IMG/VR virus record: IMGVR_UViG_3300015608_001846
Coordinates: 21,651 to 32,000 of that record
Strand: one strand, 5' to 3'
Source of the DNA: a virus
Length of the DNA: 10,350 bases
In this document: positions 5,869-10,350 of the stretch, in pieces
How positions within the stretch are numbered: the first letter of the stretch is position 1
Layout: each line of letters begins with the position of its first letter
Notes under the pieces: model-generated
What the model was told of the DNA's origin: nothing
What the model saw: only the letters and a program-made list of their open reading frames with translations
The model's database searches: none
Translations under genes and position numbers: made by a program

Positions 5869-6885
5869 TCAAAGTACTTTTATCTTTTGAATGACGCTCT
5901 GATAGTCCTTGATAAATGGATGATCACTGGGCACCCCCGCCTTGGCAGCCGACTGTGCCTGCATCTCCAGCTGCTTGACGTAGAATTCTTTCATGCTCTT
6001 CTTTGTCACCGCCAACAACTGAGCCTCAACCTTGGCACGCTCTTGTTCCGGAACCTGCTGCAGCTTATCGAGCCCGGGCAACTGCTTGCCGACCTTACGT
6101 TGCAGGTCGTCAAGAGACCGTGAATTGAGAACAGACGACGCTTGCTTGTAGACGTTGCTCAACGTTGAGCGGACGATCGCCTTGGCTTGCTTAGACATCG
6201 CTTGCACGTCGTGGTTTTGCTCGATCATTTCCTTTATGCGCTTGTCGTTGATGACGCGGGCCAGGCGTTCAGCAGGATCATCGTGTTCCTCACGGAGGAT
6301 TCCTTCGTGCTGGCGACTGGGCGATATGCCCAAACGCTTCAACAACTTGTCAGCTGCTCCTCCTGTCAAGATGCTAAGCAAGTTCGCAGCGACTTTGGGT
6401 GCCTTTGCTGCCAGCTTTGTCGTCAGGAAAATGTCGGGCCTATACATGAAGGCCGCAATCATTACGTCACTTTCGTTAAAGGCGTCCCACGTGGCCTTGT
6501 AGACCTGTCCATACTGCTGGCGGATCTGATCGAGCTGTTCTTTTTCTGACGCAAATATCTCAGCGTAGCTGTCCTTCAAGATGGGCAGCAACGACGTTGC
6601 GACGGCTTCGAAGGCGACCTTCGCCAAGGTCAACCCACGTTGAGAGATCTCTTTGGTTTTGCCTGCAGCGACACCTACCACGTCAACGAACGGCTTGATG
6701 AATGCTTTGTACAGCTGGTCACCGTCAGCGAAGTGCATGCCATACGTGCCGTTGGCGCCGGGACCAGTGTCATGCAATCCCAGACCGGCGTAATCGCCAC
6801 CGTACATGCCGTAGCCCCCGCCGAACCCGTAGTCCTCTCGGAGGATCTCAGTCACCAGTTCACGCAACAGGTCGTCAGGTCGCAT
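5869..6885 (-). CDS. hypothetical protein (338 aa) with a Gly/Tyr-rich low-complexity N-terminal segment
   Basis: ATG at 6885 overlaps the end of the upstream ORF by 11 nt. Residues ~18-56 are DYGFGGGYGMYGGDYAGLGLHDTGPGANGTYGMHFADGD. The rest looks long and helical, rich in K, Q, E and A. No enzymatic motif recognised. Confidence 0.75.
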   Translation of the reverse strand: MRPDDLLRELVTEILREDYGFGGGYGMYGGDYAGLGLHDTGPGANGTYGMHFADGDQLYKAFIKPFVDVVGVAAGKTKEISQRGLTLAKVAFEAVATSLLPILKDSYAEIFASEKEQLDQIRQQYGQVYKATWDAFNESDVMIAAFMYRPDIFLTTKLAAKAPKVAANLLSILTGGAADKLLKRLGISPSRQHEGILREEHDDPAERLARVINDKRIKEMIEQNHDVQAMSKQAKAIVRSTLSNVYKQASSVLNSRSLDDLQRKVGKQLPGLDKLQQVPEQERAKVEAQLLAVTKKSMKEFYVKQLEMQAQSAAKAGVPSDHPFIKDYQSVIQKIKVL

Positions 6886-7123
6886 CGTCCCTAAATAGGA
6901 CAGGGCGACCTGACATTTCCGACCAACGTGCAGCTAACTGACGCTCAAAGTCATTGGTCTGCTGTCGTTTGGTGAGAGGGTGTCGGTTTGAAAACGCGCT
7001 GCGCTCGTCGGGAGGCAACACCTTCAACATCTCCTTCTTGATGACTAAGAAATCATCAACGTCCGAAGCGTATGAAAAAACGTAATCAAGGGCCTGTATG
7101 ACCTTCGTTGACATCGCGATCAT
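6875..7123 (-). CDS. hypothetical small protein (82 aa; start uncertain)
   Basis: Preferred ATG is at 7123 (MIAMSTKVIQALDYV...) with GAGGGG just upstream. Alternatives are ATG 7114 and ATG 7195. The latter would add a basic low-complexity N-terminus and overlap the Nudix gene by 110 nt. With the 7123 start it overlaps the Nudix 3' end by 38 nt. Confidence 0.45.
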   Translation of the reverse strand: MIAMSTKVIQALDYVFSYASDVDDFLVIKKEMLKVLPPDERSAFSNRHPLTKRQQTNDFERQLAARWSEMSGRPVLFRDDAT

Positions 7124-7598
7124 GGTCCCCTCGCACGAGTTTGGTAAGAAACGTAGTGATGTGTTCCGCCTGGTATGCTTGCAGCCGCGGCGCATTTACT
7201 GCGTCTGAAACGATGTCATCAACGTCGAACCATCGAGCGTCTGCGACCTCGCAGTCAGGGTCGTCGTGGATGGGCTCCTGCAGTGGGTCTACAGGCGATG
7301 CAGCGAAGGTGACGAGCGTCTTTGATTCGTTCTTCAGTTCGATCCGGATGTCTGGCAACCTGCGTCCGACTACGACGCCCAACCCGGTTTCTTCTCGAGT
7401 TTCACGGACTGCGCATTCCTCAAGCGTTTCGTCGGCATGGATGTGACCCTTTGGTATGCCCCACGAGTCCTTGTGAGCAAACTGTTTGATCAACAGGACT
7501 TGCAAGCGGCCTGGGACGGTAGGGTTCACACGCGATGTCAGCGTACCGCATGACGTCGTTTTCTGAACCTTGTTCTTCGACTTCATGTTATGTATCAT
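7086..7598 (-). CDS. Nudix hydrolase
   Basis: 170 aa. The Nudix box GX5EX7REUXEEXGU is complete: GHIHADETLEECAVRETREETGL. ATG at 7598 (alternative 7586). No obvious SD. Substrate specificity cannot be read from the sequence. Confidence 0.85.
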   Translation of the reverse strand: MIHNMKSKNKVQKTTSCGTLTSRVNPTVPGRLQVLLIKQFAHKDSWGIPKGHIHADETLEECAVRETREETGLGVVVGRRLPDIRIELKNESKTLVTFAASPVDPLQEPIHDDPDCEVADARWFDVDDIVSDAVNAPRLQAYQAEHITTFLTKLVRGDHDRDVNEGHTGP

Positions 7599-7712
7599 AA
7601 AACAACCAGCTAGCGGTTGACACTCCGTAAGTGTCGCTCAGGCTTTAGGCTTTACCTCGATGCTATGCTAGCACAACGCGCTGCTGTCCACCACCGGAGC
7701 GATTAAAATAAC
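7599..7712. promoter_or_regulatory. divergent intergenic control region between the Nudix and NMNAT-like genes
   Basis: 114-bp spacer between head-to-head genes. It contains a TTGACA hexamer (7617-7622) overlapped by the inverted repeat GACACT-ccgta-AGTGTC (7619-7635), a tandem AGGCTTT x2 (7640-7653), and GGAG (7696-7699) 13 nt before the plus-strand ATG. I could not pair any convincing -10 with the TTGACA. Confidence 0.3.
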
Positions 7713-8306
7713 ATGAGAATCGGATTGATTGCGGGTAGCTATAGCCCATACCACGCCGGGCACGATGGGTTAGTGCGCCTGGCATCGAGCGAGTGTGACG
7801 AAGTCCATCTTTTTGTTTCGCTAAGCGACCGTGCCCGACCGGGTGAGATCGCAGTCCTAGGCACTGACAAGGCCAAGATCTGGCAGACGATCATCGAACC
7901 ATCCTTGCCCGACAACGTCGAGGTGACGTACGGAGGCAGTCCCATCGGTAACATCTGGAAGGAGCTCGGCAATGCTAACATCGCCGGATCGGAGGACACC
8001 TTCATCCTGTACGGAGACGTCGACGACGCCGCTACCAATTTTTCTAAGGACTTCCTGACAAAGTACGCCGGCGACCTCTACAGGCGTGGCCTCATCGAGG
8101 TGCGCCCAGTCAAACGCACCGATACCGTCGACGTTTCAGGGACGAGGATGCGTCAGTACCTCGCAGCCGGCGATGCCAAGTCGTTCATCGCTGGCCTTCC
8201 ACGATCGATCGATGGCCAGCGAGTGTGGGACATCTTGTCAGCGACGGCGGCATCTAGACCCACCGTCAAGACAACGGCTCGAGCCAAGAAGCCTACGAAG
8301 CGCTGA
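7713..8306 (+). CDS. nicotinamide/nicotinate mononucleotide adenylyltransferase-like protein (NadM-type, HxGH nucleotidyltransferase superfamily)
   Basis: 197 aa and the only plus-strand gene. The N-terminal GSYSPYHAGH matches the NMNAT signature GxFxPxHxGH. VSGTRMRQYLAAGDAKSFIAGLP matches the second signature (ISSTxxR). From memory it resembles archaeal NadM [21 protein letters not shown]. The C-terminal tail is basic (KTTARAKKPTKR). Confidence 0.75.
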   Translation: MRIGLIAGSYSPYHAGHDGLVRLASSECDEVHLFVSLSDRARPGEIAVLGTDKAKIWQTIIEPSLPDNVEVTYGGSPIGNIWKELGNANIAGSEDTFILYGDVDDAATNFSKDFLTKYAGDLYRRGLIEVRPVKRTDTVDVSGTRMRQYLAAGDAKSFIAGLPRSIDGQRVWDILSATAASRPTVKTTARAKKPTKR

Positions 8307-9102
8307 CGATTCCCAATCGTGATTCGACGTAATCACGTCGTAGGATGTACTTGGGTGACATCTTGGTGATACAGACGAGTCGAAAGGCCCGATCGTAGTC
8401 AGCGGCGGGTACCCGCAGGAAGCCCATGGACGTCGTCCCATTGATTGCTGCGTACTTTCCCAGCACCTTGGAGGGCGCCAGTTCACGTTGCAACTCATTG
8501 CGAATGTGTTCGGGCAACGTGTTGTACAGCTTGCCAGCAGACACCTCGCCGGTGTCAAAGGCTTCCCACATCGATTCATCTAACATCGCGTCTGTCGTTG
8601 ACCTGATGATCGATCGCTTGACACGGCCGAACATTTTCATCCCAATTGCACCAACCTTGAAAGAGGCGATCGAACCCAAGTCAGTCGTCACCTCCCATGA
8701 CTTGATCTCTTCGTTGAGTCCAGGTAGGTCACAGTCAAACTGCGTCGGACCATCGATGATCGAGTGTCGAGTCCTTAGAGCCTTTTCGCCGTAGCCTTCG
8801 TAGCTCAGCGTCGGTTGCTGGTTGAGCGTTCGTTCCTCATCTGTCCACAACGTGCCATCGCAGTCCATCAATACGGTCAACAGCTGGTGCAGCGTCAAGC
8901 GATTGGGATCTTGTATTCGTAACAACCTGCCATCGATCAACCTGATCTTCGTCTTTGCTGTTGAACGCTGTCGCGAGGCGCCCTTGACGTTGGTCGCAGC
9001 CTCCAACGACTGGAGCGCTCGTTGCCGCTGCGCCAACAGCTCTACCTTGTCACGTTCAATGAAGTCCTTGAAGGTCTGACACCGATGATAGGTGCACTCC
9101 AT
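8293..9102 (-). CDS. hypothetical protein (269 aa) carrying a DxDGT-like motif
   Basis: The track start at 9132 is GTG. ATG at 9102 has a strong SD (atGGAGGgtactATG). It contains LLTVLMDCDGTLW (nt 8845-8865 region), which resembles HAD/DxDxT motif I, but I could not identify motifs II-IV. Its 3' end overlaps the convergent NMNAT-like gene by 14 nt. Confidence 0.7.
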   Translation of the reverse strand: MECTYHRCQTFKDFIERDKVELLAQRQRALQSLEAATNVKGASRQRSTAKTKIRLIDGRLLRIQDPNRLTLHQLLTVLMDCDGTLWTDEERTLNQQPTLSYEGYGEKALRTRHSIIDGPTQFDCDLPGLNEEIKSWEVTTDLGSIASFKVGAIGMKMFGRVKRSIIRSTTDAMLDESMWEAFDTGEVSAGKLYNTLPEHIRNELQRELAPSKVLGKYAAINGTTSMGFLRVPAADYDRAFRLVCITKMSPKYILRRDYVESRLGIVSAS

Positions 9103-9183
9103 AGTACCCTCCATGACGCCAATAATATCCACTGTAGGAATGGTGTATTCCCACCTCGACCGCTCACAGAATATTTTGAGTGG

Positions 9184-10350
9184 CTACTGTGGGCCTGAAC
9201 CAAAGGTGGCGAGGATAAAGCGAGGACGACCTTGGGTCACCTTTTCGAACTTCAGAGCGTTGGCCAACTGGTCACGTGGGATTGCCATGAAGCCTTGTGG
9301 GTTGACGATGAAGACACCGTCGACCTGCGAAAAGACGTTGTCGATCTTGATGCTCTGGAACCATTCGTTGAAGAACGCCCGCGGGTCGTCGAACGCCTTG
9401 TCCTTCAACGTCGCCATCGCGATGTCGATCTCTTCGAAGTCTGTTAAGATGTCCTCGCGGCCGGTCGCCTTCTTGACACGCTTGGCCACGTCGATGAAGG
9501 TTGATTTGTCGACGCGGGTCTCCTTGTCGTTGAGTGCAACGCGGGTGTCGGGCTGTGCAACGTCCTTCTTGTCGGGATCGATGCGGTTCTTGATGTTGCT
9601 GACGATTGTCAACACTGACCTGAGGTCGATGAACTTTCCCTTGCTGACCTCGCCCTTGCTGACGATCATCTCATACTCGTCTTCAACGAATGACTTGACA
9701 AACTCGAGCTTCTTGGCGTCGTCAGGTGTCAGGGTATCGCTCAGTTTCACCTTGTCACAGACGACAGTGAAGTTTTTCAACTGTTGCATGACGCTGTTCA
9801 ACCGCCGCCTCGAGTGTTCGAAGGCCTTGAGTCCTTCGGTTCCCGGACGGATCGTCTCTGACTTGCTGAGCAGTTGTTTGACCTCCCAGGCCGACCCATC
9901 GGTCATGACAACGTCGTATGAGACACTTCCGCCTTGCACCTGTCCGCCAAAGACGTACGCTAGCCATTCTTCACCGGGCCCGGTACCCATCGCTGCCTGC
10001 TCGTTATCATCGCCTGCCGCCTTCGAGCCGTACGACAGCTTCGTACGTTTGACCTGTGCGGGCCAGGCGTGCCACTTCATGAATGAGATCTTGTTGATGT
10101 CCAGGACGCCCTTCTTGTCCTTCGAAGGCAGCTGTTTATCGTCAGTCGTTCGAGCTCCCGATCCTCCACGCCGCTCTCGACGGTAGCCTCTGACCTCAGG
10201 GTTGTATGCAGCATAACGAGCTTCAGCCTTGTCAAGCAACTGCTCGAGCGTCTCTCGACGCTTGGCTGCCAAGGACGGACTGTAGTCGTACTCTGGCTGT
10301 GACTTCAGTTGCTTGCGCGCCTTTTCTTCACCGATGCCCTGCTTACGTAG
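9184..10350 (-). CDS. large hypothetical protein with a PD-(D/E)xK nuclease-like motif (5' end outside the window)
   Basis: The frame is open from 9184 to the window edge. The track start at 10272 is only a TTG, and the upstream codons read LRKQGIGEEKARKQLKSQPEYDYSPS with no stop, so the gene is probably truncated. The motif GTGPGEEWLAYVFGGQVQGGSVSYDVVMTDGSAWEVKQL (nt ~9877-9987) has the E...D...ExK spacing typical of restriction-endonuclease-fold nucleases. The CDS call is confident (~0.8). The nuclease call is tentative (~0.4). Confidence 0.6.
   Translation of the reverse strand, partial: LRKQGIGEEKARKQLKSQPEYDYSPSLAAKRRETLEQLLDKAEARYAAYNPEVRGYRRERRGGSGARTTDDKQLPSKDKKGVLDINKISFMKWHAWPAQVKRTKLSYGSKAAGDDNEQAAMGTGPGEEWLAYVFGGQVQGGSVSYDVVMTDGSAWEVKQLLSKSETIRPGTEGLKAFEHSRRRLNSVMQQLKNFTVVCDKVKLSDTLTPDDAKKLEFVKSFVEDEYEMIVSKGEVSKGKFIDLRSVLTIVSNIKNRIDPDKKDVAQPDTRVALNDKETRVDKSTFIDVAKRVKKATGREDILTDFEEIDIAMATLKDKAFDDPRAFFNEWFQSIKIDNVFSQVDGVFIVNPQGFMAIPRDQLANALKFEKVTQGRPRFILATFGSGPQ

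Noticed and set aside
6655-6675. GVAAGKT in the 338-aa protein as a Walker A/P-loop, which could have been the missing polynucleotide kinase
   Set aside because: The spacing is GxxxGKT, one residue shorter than the canonical [AG]xxxxGK[ST]. I saw no Walker B or kinase lid motif.
7086-7195. Overlap between the Nudix 3' end and ORF 6875-7195 as a programmed frameshift or fused gene
   Set aside because: There is no slippery heptamer in the overlap. The downstream ORF has its own internal ATG with GAGGGG upstream (7123), so a simple short overlap of two genes is more parsimonious.
7617-7622. Consensus TTGACA -35 hexamer in the divergent spacer as a sigma70 promoter for the NMNAT-like gene
   Set aside because: There is no acceptable -10 hexamer at 16-19 bp spacing; the sequence there is AGGCTT/GGCTTT. 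I kept it only as part of a low-confidence regulatory region.
9092-10186. 364-aa plus-strand ORF, the longest in the ORF track
   Set aside because: It is extremely Ser/Leu/Thr/Cys-rich with no motif. It lies exactly antisense to the minus-strand ORF 9184-10272+, which has normal composition and a nuclease-like motif. This is a typical shadow ORF.
1-10350. Scan for tRNA/rRNA genes, CRISPR repeat-spacer arrays, IS elements or transposases, integrases, and long direct or inverted repeats
   Set aside because: I saw no regularly spaced repeats, no T-arm/GTTCGAATC-like tRNA signature in non-coding stretches, no transposase or integrase motifs, and no long terminal inverted repeats. This was an eye scan only, so short or degenerate elements could have been missed.

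Overview
This is a densely packed, almost entirely minus-strand gene array. It has the hallmarks of a dsDNA bacteriophage or prokaryotic-virus accessory region: short ORFs, start/stop overlaps such as ATGA and TGATG, and many orphan proteins. I can support 18 protein-coding genes, 17 on the minus strand and 1 on the plus strand, with a gene cut at each window edge. I found no rRNA, tRNA, CRISPR array or transposase. Five products are recognisable from motifs: an Rnl2-type ATP-dependent RNA ligase (237-1262), a Thg1-like 3'-5' nucleotidyltransferase (2139-2909), a PMM-type HAD-IIB phosphomutase/phosphatase (3907-4668), a Nudix hydrolase (7086-7598), and a NadM-type NMN adenylyltransferase-like protein (7713-8306). 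The last is the only plus-strand gene and lies head-to-head with the Nudix gene. Weaker calls are a GapR/DUF2312-like small DNA-binding protein (5536-5823) and a large protein with a PD-(D/E)xK nuclease-like motif (9184 to beyond 10350). The most interesting hypothesis is an unconventional viral RNA/tRNA repair module: an RNA ligase plus a reverse-polymerase Thg1-like enzyme, with no recognisable Pnkp. It lies in the same gene array as a split NadM/Nudix NAD+ salvage pair (about 4 kb away), which suggests a counter-defence island against tRNA-cleaving and NAD+-depleting host immunity. All functional calls are motif recognition from memory, not database searches. The supplied ORF track renders non-ATG starts as M (10272 is TTG; 9132, 5153, 3260, 2122 and 1717 are GTG), so I re-picked several starts.
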